From: the human T2T-CHM13v2.0 reference genome, Homo sapiens
Strand: one strand, 5' to 3'
Length of the DNA: 64,000 bases
NCBI RefSeq assembly: GCF_009914755.1
Contig: NC_060934.1
A program made the translations under genes and the position numbers. Below, piece after piece: positions 42,713 to 55,662 of this stretch. Positions within the stretch are counted from its first letter, which is position 1. Each line of letters starts with the position of its first letter. The notes under the pieces were generated by a model, which was given only the letters and a program-made list of their open reading frames with translations, was not told the origin of the DNA and made no database searches.

Positions 42713-43051
42713 TAAGCAAATGTAGTGTAACCTCAAATCCATGGGCTAAGTCAAGCTCTAGGCAATTCCAGGGACTTTTGAAGTGATTTTGATTTTTGCC
42801 CACCCTTGTAATCAGGAAAATAATTTATCCTTTGTGGCTGCCGTGTCTGGTTTATTTGAACTGGACTTTCTCAACATTTAAACTAGGTTACTCTGAGTGT
42901 TTTGTTTTCTCAGGCTTTTGTGTCACCTGAAGAAATAGTGTGAAGGTGCTTTGTATTCTTCACAGATGGCAATCTTGGCAATGTTTGCCTGTTTTAAAGT
43001 CTAGATGTTTGTAGTTTTTCTGGTAACAACTATTTTGTGTGTTATTTACAG

Positions 43052-43126
43052 GAAGTGAATATTGAATTTGAAGCTTATTCCCTATCAGATAATGATTATG
43101 ACGGAATTAAGAAATTACTGCAGCAG
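43052..43126 (+). CDS. BCCIP: BCCIP exon 2
   Basis: [25 protein letters not shown]; AG/GT boundaries; 75 nt. Confidence 0.98.
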
Positions 43127-43177
43127 GTATTGTCTTTTATTTATTATGCATAAATTTCCTCTTCTAAGAAAAATCAG

Positions 43178-43482
43178 GGGCCGGGTGCAGTGGTTCATGC
43201 CTATAATCTCAGCATTTTGGAAGGCCGAGGTGAGAGGATTGCTTGAGCCCAGGAGTTTGAGACCAGCCTGGGCAACATAATGAGAACCTGTCTCTACAAA
43301 AAAATTAAAAATTAGCCAACTGTGGTAGCACACACCGTTAGTCCTAACTCCTCAGGAGGCTGAGGCTGGAGGATTACTTGAGTCTAAGAGCTCAAGGCTG
43401 CAGCTATGAATGTGCCATTGAGCTCCAGTCTGGGCAACAGAGTGAGCCTCTGTCTCTAAAAAAAAAAAAAAAAAAAAAGAAA
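43178..43482 (+). mobile_element. AluJ-like element
   Basis: Dimer with A-tail; TSD aagaaaa(a/t)tcagg. Confidence 0.92.
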
Positions 43483-44030
43483 ATTCAGGTCATTCAATAC
43501 AGGCTCTCCCAAGTTCATCTTTTTAGAATTTCCATTTCTATCCTCTCCACCTTGCCTGGAAGGAAGAATTATTTCCTTTCATCTGCTAATTAGAGTTATT
43601 TTGTTTTTTTTTTTAATTCACAATTCTTATGTAACAGTCATATAACTGTGCTGTTTGGTGCTATAAAATTGATGCTTGCTGCTTCTCCTTATTCTTTTAC
43701 TCATATAATATGACTTTGGTTCTTTAGCCTTTATAGCTCTACCGTCTTTTTCACCAAATTCTTTGGCCTTAAGTTTATCCTCTCTCGTTTCTCCCTTTTT
43801 TCTCCCCCTCCCCCATTACTTCTATATTACTACTGACTTCTTCTTTTCTGAAATTTCCTAATCTTTAGCTTCTTTGACTCTCCTGGGCTTTTCTTTCCCT
43901 CTTGGGGTTGCTTTTCTAGATCATCATCTTAAGTCACAGAAATTTCATTGTTTGTATTTGAATATAGGATTTGAAGTTATTAGAAATCATGCTTTGATCT
44001 TAATTTAAAATAATTTTTTCCTCCTTTTAG

Positions 44031-44111
44031 CTTTTTCTAAAGGCTCCTGTGAACACTGCAGAACTAACAGATCTCTTAATTCAACAGAACCATATTGGGA
44101 GTGTGATTAAG
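44031..44111 (+). CDS. BCCIP: BCCIP exon 3
   Basis: LFLKAPVNTAELTDLLIQQNHIGSVIK; AG/GT boundaries; 81 nt. Confidence 0.98.
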
Positions 44112-44165
44112 GTAAGTAGGATAATTGTGTTTATTCTGATTAAATGAGTTCTTTATTCTGTTCAT

Positions 44166-44464
44166 GCTGGGCCTCACCATGCTTGTAATCCCAGCACTTT
44201 GGGAAGCAAAGGTGGGAGGATTGCTTGAGGCCAGGAGTTCAAGACCATCCTGGGCAATATAGCAATACTCTGTCTCTACAAAAAATAACAAAAAATTAGC
44301 CGGGCATAGTAGCACATGCCTGTAGTCTTTTTACCCAGGTGGCTGAGGTAGGAGGATCTCTTGAGCCAAGAAGTTGAAGGCCATGGTGAGCTTTGTGCCG
44401 CTGCACTCTAGCCGGGCAACACAGCAAGACCCTATATCTGAAAAAAAAAAAAAAAAAAAAAAAA
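44166..44464 (+). mobile_element. AluJ-like element
   Basis: Dimer with A-tail; TSD agttctttattctgtt. Confidence 0.92.
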
Positions 44465-45146
44465 GTTCTTTATTCTGTTTAGCTCAAATTGGAAGCAGTA
44501 TTACTGGAGGAATGGAGACTGATCAGAAGTCATTGCAGAAATCCAAGCTTATTAAATGCAGTAGTCCAGGTGGGGGCAATGGAGAGGGAGAGAAGTGGGC
44601 TCATTTAGAAAATATTTGGGAGATGAAATATGATGAGGTTTAGTCCCTGATTGGGTCTGAAAGTGAGAGGAAAAGGAGTCAAGGATGACTTCCAGGTTTC
44701 TAGCTTGAGCAAACAGGATAACAAACATGGAGGAAGGTCAAATTAGGAGGGGGAATGTGAATTTGGATTTGTACATTTTGAGTTTGAGTTACCTGTGAGA
44801 TACCGGGTAGCAGGTGGAGCCCTGGAGACTTGGGAGTTGGTCGTAAATGTTACTGAGGTCGTAGAAGTGATTGAGATTGCGCAGGGAGGGAAGGGACAGA
44901 CACCTTAGTAATACCAAGAATACTTCGATGAGTAATATAAGTGGCAGAGCCAGCAAAGGAGATTAAAAGGGATGACAGGAGAAGTAGAAGAAACAATAGT
45001 GCAGTGATGTCATACACAGCAAGAAAGATAACATTTGAAGGAGGAGGGGATGGTCATCTTTATCAGATAGATGTTGTAGAGAGCTCAACAAAATAAGGAC
45101 TGGTTTAGACCCTGGGTCTGCTGCTTATCATCTGGTGGTTCTTTGG

Positions 45147-45657
45147 GTTATCTGTTGTTTGTATAACAAACCACCCCATAGCTTAGTGTCGTAAAATAGC
45201 AGTAGTCATTTATTTGGCTAATGGATCTACAGTTTGGACAGAGCTCAGTGGGCACAACTCATCTGTGCTCCTGCTCCATCATGTTAGCTGGGGTGGCTTG
45301 ACTAGGGGCTGGAGGATTCCCTTTCAAGATGGCTCACTCACATGACTGGCAAGTTAGCCCTAGCTGTCTGTCGGGAGCTTAGCTGGGACTCTGGACCAGG
45401 GGCCTTAGTTCTTCTCCATGTGGGCCTCGTCACACATTGGTTTGCTTCCAAGAGCAAGCTGCCCAAAAGAAGCAGGCAGAAGTGATATAGTGCCATTTCC
45501 ACCATTTGCTTAGTCTTTACAGATAGAAATTTCTATCTAGGGGGAGGGCACATTGATCCCACCACTCCATGAGAAAAGTACCTAGGTCACTTTGTCAGAA
45601 GAGCATGTCCAAGGAGAGATCCATTGGGGCCATCTGTGAAAGATACAGTCTGCCACA
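45147..45657 (-). mobile_element. MaLR LTR (MLT1F/G/H-like)
   Basis: gtataacaaaccacccca...ttcaagatggctcactcacatgactggcaagtt...ctgccaca. Confidence 0.7.
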
Positions 45658-47034
45658 GTACCTTAATCTGTTTCCATTTCTGTCTCTGAAAATGAGGATG
45701 GTACTAGCACCGATCTTGTAGAGTGCATGGGTAAACAAAATGAATTGCTGACTGCTTAAAACAGTGTCTGGCAGCTGACATGTGCTACATATGTGTAGCT
45801 GTCACTGTTGATGTCTTTTTCCTGTTCCTAGCACCTGTTCCCTAGCCTGTTGTGAAAAACACAACAAACAAAAGCTCCATTCAGTCTAATGTTCCACTCT
45901 TAAGTACATCACCTTCAGAGCCAAAATTCTTGAAAAGTAATCTTAAGTCATGGTTTCTACTTCCTGTCCTCCTATTCATTCTTCAGACACTCTTATCTGA
46001 CTTTTACACCACTAAAATTCGGACACTGAGTGATAGGGTCACCAACATACTTGTTACTAAATACAGTGTACACTTTTCAAGGCTTCTGACAATATTAGTA
46101 ACTTTATGGCACTCAATGTAAAGAAAATGAGAAATTAAACCTATGGGGCATTCCTTTTATTAGGGCAATGGGAAAAAGCAGACCACCTGCCCTTTCATCA
46201 AATAAATGTGATCTCTAGCTGATTCGTGTCTTAGAAGACCTAATGGATATGGAGGAGAAGCAGTTATTTTTATCCTTGAAAGAGGTTATTATCTAATGGC
46301 AGGATTCACTCTTTAAATGGATAATCACATCAATAGCTCTGCAGTTGTAACTGTGGCTTCTTGGGATTCTCCAGAGACACTTGAGGTGTCCTGAGGATAG
46401 AGACTTCTTGTTCTTAGTAAAGGGACTACCCATAGTGTTCGGTGGAGCCAGTCCCTAGGATCATAGAACAAAGGGCAGGGGGGTTCTCTTTTTTCCCCTT
46501 CTCTCTTGCTAATGTGATAGGTGTAAGTGGCCCTCAAGCATTGCCTAGCTTCACTAATGGTCAAGACTGACAAGTGTTCTGGAAACTCATGAGTTTTAGA
46601 TGAAACAATGCTGTGGGCCAGCAGAGAAGCAAGGCTTGGCTCCAGCCTAATTGTGTAGAAAACAAATGAAAATGCTTTATTTCATGAGGTTTATCTCTTC
46701 TGGATTTGTATTATATTGAGAATCTGATAAAAGAAAATGACTTAATCTGGTACAAAGAAATTTCAATCTGTTCAGAATCTGAAAAGAGGAACAGAGTCGA
46801 GGTAAAGCGAAATGAACAAGGTCACACAGTATTTAAGATACAATGCTTTCCAAGATGATGGTGGTAAAACTGTGACAGTATTTAAAATACAATGCTTTCT
46901 AAGATGGCGGTGGTAAAACAAAGTTTTGCTTTTGAAAAGTGAAAAGATAAATGAGGCCTACATCCCAAGACTTGGTTTTATACTCTTGGTATTATACTAA
47001 ATATAACATTTAAATATTTTTTCTTTTAAAATAG

Positions 47035-47124
47035 CAAACGGATGTTTCAGAAGACAGCAATGATGATATGGATGAAGATGAGGTTTTTGGTTTCATAAGC
47101 CTTTTAAATTTAACTGAAAGAAAG
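47035..47124 (+). CDS. BCCIP: BCCIP exon 4
   Basis: QTDVSEDSNDDMDEDEVFGFISLLNLTERK; AG/GT boundaries; 90 nt. Confidence 0.98.
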
Positions 47125-47892
47125 GTTGGTTTCACTGGATGGCATCTGAATGGTTATTTCTTAGGCCAAAACCACTTTTATTTAATGCATGGTGAAAATG
47201 TCTTTTATGTTAAACAGTGATATTAACTATAGGGATAAGTGCTCTTGTGAAATCTTATTGTAATCCTTTTTCAATATGAAGGTGGTGGTGTTGGGTCTGT
47301 ACCCAGTTAAAGTTGTTTACTCCCTGTGGTTTAGGGAATCATCTGGCTTTGCAGTCCTGATGTTGGTACTGATGCAGGAGCTGTTTGTGCTGTCTCTCTG
47401 CAGCTGTTATCTTTGCTACTTGTGTAGTGGGGATATTCTCAGGCTTTGCTGCCTCAATGTTGAGGGCATTTACTGACATTTTATTTTGTTTCGATTCATC
47501 TCTTTTTATTGATTCTCTGATGAGTTGTAATAAAAAGTAAACCAGCTGCTTACCCACCTCAGAATAAGATGCAGGCTACACTTAGTCTTTAATTTTGAAA
47601 TAAACTGTCCAGTTACTTCCATCTATCTTTATGAGATGGACTAGAGTTGCCATTCCAGTGTGTCTGAATGTTAATTATGACTCTCTTACCACTCATCATG
47701 GGATGGTAAATAACCAGTGTATTTACTTTTGAGAAATGCTTAAGCAGTCAACACTGAAGACATACAAGACGTTAAGGCTATGGCAGGAAACTGCCCTTAG
47801 CTGTAAGATGAAAAGTGATAGCTTTTACTCTCAGGTTTTGTCCTCTATGTGATGGCTTGTAATAGGAAACAAGCTTTCTCTTTGCTTTCTAG

Positions 47893-48080
47893 GGTACCCA
47901 GTGTGTTGAACAAATTCAAGAGTTGGTTCTACGCTTCTGTGAGAAGAACTGTGAAAAGAGCATGGTTGAACAGCTGGACAAGTTTTTAAATGACACCACC
48001 AAGCCTGTGGGCCTTCTCCTAAGTGAAAGATTCATTAATGTCCCTCCACAGATCGCTCTGCCCATGTACCAGCAGCTTCA
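47893..48080 (+). CDS. BCCIP: BCCIP exon 5
   Basis: GTQCVEQIQELVLRFCEK...VGLLLSERFINVPPQIALPMYQQL, containing the Bcp1-family SERFIN motif; 188 nt. Confidence 0.98.
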
Positions 48081-48674
48081 GTAAGAGATTCTGGGAAAAT
48101 ATCTTTGAACAGTAATTTTTTTTTCAAATAGATTCCTAAATGTCATTTAAGTAGAATATGTAGATATAGAAAGAGTTCTGTCCTTGGTTTAAGTGGGTTT
48201 AGTGTGAGGGGAGTGGAAGAAACATCCTGTGAAGTACATACATTATTAACAACTGGCTTTTTGAAGAGTTTGTGACAATAATCATGAAATTTTAACGTAA
48301 GATTTAAGTGATATATAAGTAGATAATTTCATATAGACTTTGCATCCCCATTTGATTGAAGTTTTTCACCTTCACAGATAGCTTTCTGCAACATGAATAA
48401 AATAATGAACAATTACAACAATAACAAAACTGGTAAAGTTCCCAAATTCTATTGGTATGTTTCATAACAAATGAAACCATAGTCCTGATACTGTGGCTAG
48501 CTTTTCAGGGTTTTTGTTATTCTATTTTTTAATCCAGAAGTTTTAAGTTTACAAAAATATTTCAAATGTAGCTGTGAAATCTAGCAAACTGAGTGTACTA
48601 AGAATTGTATTGTCTGTGCTTTGCAATAGAGGACAAAATATAGGCAGATTCTCTTATTTATTTCTATCTAATTT

Positions 48675-48810
48675 AAATTTTTTTTTTTTTTTGGTAGAGA
48701 CAGGGTCTTGCTACATTGCCCAGGCTGGTCTTGAACTCCTAGGCTAAAGTGATCTTCCTGCCTCGGCCTCCCAGTGTTGGGATTACAGGTGTCAGTCACA
48801 GCACTTGACC
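48675..48810 (-). mobile_element. Alu left monomer
   Basis: Poly-T plus a single reverse monomer. Confidence 0.85.
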
Positions 48811-49117
48811 TAGACAGGTTCTTTATAGAATATTCTTTCTCAGAGGTCATAGCCCTTGCGTTGTGGTTTTCCTTTAAATAGCTGTAGGAATGCAACTCTA
48901 CTCTGGAAACCTTTACGTTTGCTGTTTTTTCCTAGGGATTCGATGCTTCTTATCTCCTGCTCCCTGCTCTCTCAGCTGTAGCTCAGATTGTGCTTCTGGT
49001 GCCTTAAGTGGTTTTTGTTTTTTTTTGGTTTTCTTTTTTTCTGATCAGCTGGAGCTCACATTTATTTGGTTTTATAGGAGGGTGATTTGCTTTCTCCTAG
49101 TCCTGTTAAAGCTGAAG

Positions 49118-49625
49118 TGAGCCAAGCGCAGTGGTGCACGCCTGTAGTCGCAGCTACTCAGGAGGCTGAGGCAGGGGGAATGCTTGAGGCCAGGAGTTCC
49201 AGGCTGCAATATACTATGATTGTGCCTGTGAATAGCCACTGCACGCCAGCCTGGGCAAAATTACAAGACCCTATCTTTTTTTTTTTCTTTTTTTTTTTTT
49301 GAAAAGGCCAGGTGTGGTGGCTGACACTTGTAATTCCAACACTTTGGGAGGCCGAAGCTGGCAGATCACTTGAGGCTAGGAGTTTGAGACCAGCCTGGCC
49401 AACATGGCGAAACCCCAATTCTACTAAAAATACACCCACAAAAAATTAGCCGGGTATGGTGGTGCAGACCTGTAATCCCAGCTACTCAGGAGGCTTAGGC
49501 ACGAAAATCGTGTGAACCTGGCAGGCAGAGGTTGCAGTGAGCCGAGATTGTGCCATTGTACTCTACAGCCTGGGCAACAGAGTGAGATTTTGTCTCCAAA
49601 CGAAAAAAAGAAAAAAAAAAAAAAG
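49118..49625 (+). mobile_element. Alu right monomer (49118-49275) followed by a full Alu (49306-49625)
   Basis: Both lie within an outer TSD, aaagctgaag. Confidence 0.88.
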
Positions 49626-50244
49626 GAAAGCTGAAGAGGACGGTTGTTCTGAGTTTCTTCTTTTGTTCAAGGGCATCCAGATGCACAAGGCTATGTTTAA
49701 TTTTCAGAAAGAAGAAACATTAAGGCTTTGTTGCGATTCCATTGCTAGAATTTAGGTTGTGTGTTTATGCAGTTTCTGCAGTATGTCAGAAATTAGTTCC
49801 AGACTCTAGCAATTAGAGACTGTGGTAGTAGTCACAGGCTGTAGTGACATTGGTTGTGGCTGTATACCTTTGTGTGTTTCAGTTAAATGTTCATTGCTTT
49901 AAAAAATTCAAAAATTCAGATTCGTATATATTTTTAACTTATGCACAGGCAGAGCAGTGATACATTGAGTGAATTTGAGACTCATCTGATCTGTTAGTTG
50001 CTATATATCCACAAATCAGCATAATCTGAGAGATATATCATAGTATTATAAAAAGTAATACATAATCTAAAATGCAACTGATTATGTAAATAAAAATCAT
50101 TCCTGTAGACTAAGTGTTCAGATTGAATGCCTGCGTCACAGCAGAACCCACTGAAGATGCCTCACCGGGTTTTCTGTGCTCTGGTTTGTTGATGGATTTC
50201 ACTTGACCCAGCAGGTAAACAAATGTTGTGTGTGTGCCTTGCAG

Positions 50245-50419
50245 GAAAGAACTGGCGGGGGCACACAGAACCAATAAGCCATGTGGGAAGTGCTACTTTT
50301 ACCTTCTGATTAGTAAGACATTTGTGGAAGCAGGAAAAAACAATTCCAAAAAGAAACCTAGCAACAAAAAGAAAGCTGCGTTAATGTTTGCAAATGCAGA
50401 GGAAGAATTTTTCTATGAG
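50245..50419 (+). CDS. BCCIP: BCCIP exon 6 (last exon shared by all isoforms, ends at aa 258)
   Basis: KELAGAHRTNKPCGKCYFYLLISKTFVEAGKNNSKKKPSNKKKAALMFANAEEEFFYE; 175 nt. Confidence 0.98.
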
Positions 50420-50863
50420 GTAAGACTATCCTGCTTATTTGTTTAGATGTAAATAAGGATTTTCTTGAAAATGATTTATCAAGATTTATTGTTCTCCCAC
50501 TTTAGGTCCAAGTCTTTCAAGTGTGGCTACTCTGTTTTTCTGTTTCCCCACAGGACCTAGCAGCTAACATAGTGCCAGGTGCATAGTAGGTACTCAGGAG
50601 GCTAGGCACCAGCCTCCTTGCCTGCACTGTGGTTATGAGCATGAGGAGGAGGAGGAGAAAAGTGATTAACCTGTTAAGAATGATTAGGCATTTATAATAT
50701 GCTTCCTGTGAAATCTTTCATTCTAAAACCATGCGGAGAGGTAGACATTAGCCTGGGGTTTACAGATGTGGACTTTAAGGCATAGGGAAATGAGGGAAAT
50801 TACCTGCGATCACACAGCTGGTCAGTGTGGAAGCTGGGGCACCCCTGCTGCTCTGTGTCCTTA

Positions 50864-51717
<854 letters not shown>

Positions 51718-51775
51718 TTAGCTGTGCCCTTCTTTTCCAGGAAGTAAATAGTAAACATAATTTTTAAAAAACATA

Positions 51776-52103
<328 letters not shown>

Positions 52104-52577
52104 TCAGGTTGACCATTTGGGGGGAGTGTGTATGGGTGTTTTAAGATGGCGGGGTATGCAGATTTACTCTGTCTTCACACAAAAGCCTGATGCTAAGGAA
52201 GCAGCTGAGAAAGTGAGAAAAGAGTGTTTGAAGACAAGTTCTTGTTAAATATCAAATTTTACAAGTCTTAATTTCATTATGTTTCACAAGATTATTTTGA
52301 CAATTAAATGAAAATACCACTTAGCTGCTTGTTCACCTCTTAGAAATTGCACACCTCTATCCCTGTTCCTCATGTGGGTTTAAAATCTACTTGGTTTGTG
52401 TTTTATAACTTCTGCCTGAATGTCCCATTTGAACTTTTTCAATTCTGAGTTTTGCTTTTTTTTAGCTCTCATTCTTATTTAAGCATATGCCAAACGTAAT
52501 ATTCTTTGCCGTAGATCAAATGGGTTTTGTCTTTGGGTTGTCCCGATTTTTAATTCATGGTTACTTATTTGGTTTAG

Positions 52578-52748
52578 AAGGCAATTCTCAAGTTCAACTA
52601 CTCAGTGCAGGAGGAGAGCGACACTTGTCTGGGAGGCAAATGGTCTTTTGATGACGTACCAATGACGCCCTTGCGAACTGTGATGTTAATTCCAGGCGAC
52701 AAGATGAACGAAATCATGGATAAACTGAAAGAATATCTATCTGTCTAA
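52578..52748 (+). CDS. BCCIP: BCCIP beta-specific terminal exon (314-aa isoform)
   Basis: KAILKFNYSVQEESDTCLGGKWSFDDVPMTPLRTVMLIPGDKMNEIMDKLKEYLSV then TAA (52746-52748); 258+56=314 aa. Confidence 0.97.
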   Translation, partial: KAILKFNYSVQEESDTCLGGKWSFDDVPMTPLRTVMLIPGDKMNEIMDKLKEYLSV

Positions 52749-52993
52749 CCCATTTCCAATGGACAGTGATGGGCTTGTTTTTGTAAAATTACCAGAAAAC
52801 TCAGTGGAGATTTACTGAAAAACTCAGACTTTATTCAGATTAAGTTCCTCTACAAAAAGTAGGGTTCTGTCCCATGTGTCTCTGACACATTTACAAAATA
52901 CCAGTTTTTTAAAATTTTGGTCAAATTATGAGTGGTTGATTTAAAAACTTTTCCAAGAAGAAGAAAAGCATGGAGTAGTAATTTAAAGAACTC

Positions 52994-52999
52994 AATAAA
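52994..52999 (+). terminator. BCCIP: BCCIP-beta polyadenylation signal
   Basis: AATAAA ~245 nt after the stop codon, followed by U-rich sequence. Confidence 0.7.
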
Positions 53000-53010
53000 A
53001 ACTTCTATTT

Positions 53011-53016
53011 TTTATT
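53011..53016 (-). terminator. DHX32: DHX32 polyadenylation signal (second candidate at 52830-52835)
   Basis: TTTATT on the + strand, ~145 nt past the DHX32 stop. Confidence 0.65.
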
Positions 53017-53160
53017 TTAAAATAATATACACAGTGTTATTTTCTTCAAGACCGTCCTGTGGATGTGAAATCCGTCTTCGCGTCATGTATCTCCCATATC
53101 CAGCAGTTCAGCCATCCAGCTACCTTTGGGACCCTGCTGCACCTTGTGTTTGCTGGGGAG

Positions 53161-53329
53161 TCACTGGAGAGTGCATCTCTGTTCAGTTTCAGGGCACGTC
53201 TCACACATTTGCTGTTCCTTATTCATTGTTGACACAGGGGATAGGTGATCCACTACTTGCTGTAGAATGTCCTTACTTTCACTAGGAGGCAGATTACTGA
53301 AATAGTATTGTGGTACCAGCTGCATAAAT
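53161..53329 (-). CDS. DHX32: DHX32 last coding exon
   Basis: (L)FMQLVPQYYFSNLPPSESKDILQQVVDHLSPVSTMNKEQQMCETCPETEQRCTLQ then TGA; AG acceptor at 53331-53330. Confidence 0.95.
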
Positions 53330-53905
53330 CTGTTTATTTAAGACAAAAAGATGAGATTATGAGTGGGGAAGGTGGTGAGAGACACCAAACATTATGTCTG
53401 GGCACTTCCCATCCCTGGAGAATCTACCTGTAGAACCGGTATTTAATTTGAACTCAGATAGTATCTCAGTCCGACTTTGTAAAATAAATACTTTCTGTTT
53501 TTTATGCAGCCAATCCTGTTGCATTTCTAGAATAAGTTGGCCTCTCTAGTGTTATGCCACACAGTGGAAGTGCTGTCTACCACTAACCTTTAGTGGAAAC
53601 TAGTATTTCCCCTAAGGCCCATCACCATATAAGAGGCACCAATCGTATGCTTAAGAGAGCTTTGGGTAGGGGAGAGAGGGGGTATCTTTGCTTCTTATTT
53701 TAACTAGTACCACTCCACATCCAGCTGCGTAAGCCAGACATCTATGAGTCACTCTTGGTTGCTGCCTTGAACACTACTTGCTGGAATAGTAGTGGAACCT
53801 TCAAAATGGATCCAGACTCTGTACTGGCCTCTCAAAGACTAGTGGAGTAGTCTCACTCTTGCCATTGCCCCTCCTTTCCATTCATGTAGCAGCCACAGTT
53901 ATTTT

Positions 53906-54174
53906 TCCTTTTTTCTTTTTAGACAGCGTCTTGGTCTGTCTCCCAGGCTGGTGTGCGGTGGTGTGACAGTACCTCACTGCAGCCTTGACCTCCTGGGCTC
54001 AAGCGATCCTCTGTCGCAGAATCTCAAGTAGCTGGGACTATAGGCGCATGCCACCACACCCGGCTAATTTTTTTATTTTGTAGAGACGGGGTCTTGCTAT
54101 GTTGCCAGGGCTGGTCTTGAACTCTTGGGCTCAAGCCATCTTCCTCCTGCCTTGGCCTCCCAAGGTGCCTGGCC
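53906..54174 (-). mobile_element. AluJ-like element
   Basis: T-rich tail plus reverse dimer. Confidence 0.9.
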
Positions 54175-54679
54175 AGCTACAGTGATCCTTAAAACTATAT
54201 CGAGAAGATGCTACTCTTGCTTAAAATGCTCCAATTGCTGTGTACTGCACTTAGATAAAATATAAACTATGTGGCCCATAAAGCCTTACACCTTCTGGTG
54301 CCTGCCTCTCTCTTCAGCCTTCCCTCCTTCCTCTTCCCCGACAGCTCCAACTGCAGTGGCTCTTGAAAGATGGCTAAGCTCATTCCTCTCAAGGTCAATG
54401 CACCTGTATACAGTGCATTTCTCTAGCATTCTGTCCTTCTTAAAGACACATGGTCTTTGTTTTTATTTCTACACTGTCTTTTCTATGCTGTAATCTAACA
54501 GGCAGGGACATTTCTTAGGTATCATCCACAGAGGCCTGCCCTTAGTAGGTACTGTCAACGTAAATTAAGATTGCATCAGTATAAACTTTAGAACTAAGAA
54601 TAAAAGCCAAATTTGTCATTTACTCCTACAGGTATGAATTAAAAAAAAAATACAACCCTTTCTTCTCCATTAAACTTAC

Positions 54680-54861
54680 AGTTCAGGAGAGATTTCTGAG
54701 GTAATCCTGATGTAGTTGTTCTCAGAAATGCTGAATTTATGGAAGAGGACCCACTCTGGCATCTTCTTGGTGATTGAGTAACCAGACAGGGGATGCAGCT
54801 GAGCAACCTGCTTATGTGTCAGCATTAAGTAGTTACCTGATCCATCAACATCCCGAGCAAT
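54680..54861 (-). CDS. DHX32: DHX32 penultimate exon (OB-fold region)
   Basis: IARDVDGSGNYLMLTHKQVAQLHPLSGYSITKKMPEWVLFHKFSISENNYIRITSEISPE; DEAH/Prp43-like LHP and PEWV motifs; 182 nt. Confidence 0.96.
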
Positions 54862-55474
54862 CTGAAAGGCAGAATTTTAAAGAAAAAAGATTTTGTATTA
54901 ATATGGAGATCATTATACAAAGATGTTTGTTGAAAAAAATACCAAAGTATTTTATACGGGATAGTTAAAACTAACGTTTGCCACTCATGTTTCCTACTTT
55001 CACATGTAGAAAATAAGCCATAAGCATGTTTTGCCTAAAACTTTGAGACAGTGATGTTAACTAACTTCAGCAACAGCAGGGCACTGCTAAAACAGTGCAG
55101 CTGTGAGGTTAATGTTTTGGCCATGAGATGAAACTTAGCACGCTACCCACCATACTATGGGCGACATACACTCCAATGCCAAGTGCTTTACACTTGGTGT
55201 GTAGCACGCAATGACCCTGTGATGTAGGAACCTTACTTTACAGATGAGGAAATCCATAATGATATGTCATTTTTCTCCATTAAGACTACATATTCTGCCT
55301 TGGCCCTTTATTCCCTTGAGGGGAAGGATACTTAAGTACCAAATCTTTAATAATAACATGGATTTTTAGTTTTACTTAATGTCAAAATCATCATCCTAAG
55401 CCATTGTTGGCAGCATATCCTGAGTATGTGCAATTCAGCAGAGCCTATGCTGAGGTGACCCCACCCCTTCTCAC

Positions 55475-55662
55475 CTGCATAAAGTAACCGGACAGAAGAG
55501 CTTTCTTTATGTTTAGAGTGTTTTCCTTGGAGCCAAAAGCAGGTTCTGCATAGGGAAGCTCGATTCGCTTGATAATTTCTAAGAGTTCAGCTCGAATAAC
55601 ATCTGCCATTCTGAGTGCTGAACAGTTGAGGAAGTAATCACGACACCACTTTTCCACACAGT
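55475..55662 (-). CDS. DHX32: DHX32 exon
   Basis: (Y)CVEKWCRDYFLNCSALRMADVIRAELLEIIKRIELPYAEPAFGSKENTLNIKKALLSGYFMQ; AG/GT boundaries; 188 nt. Confidence 0.96.
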
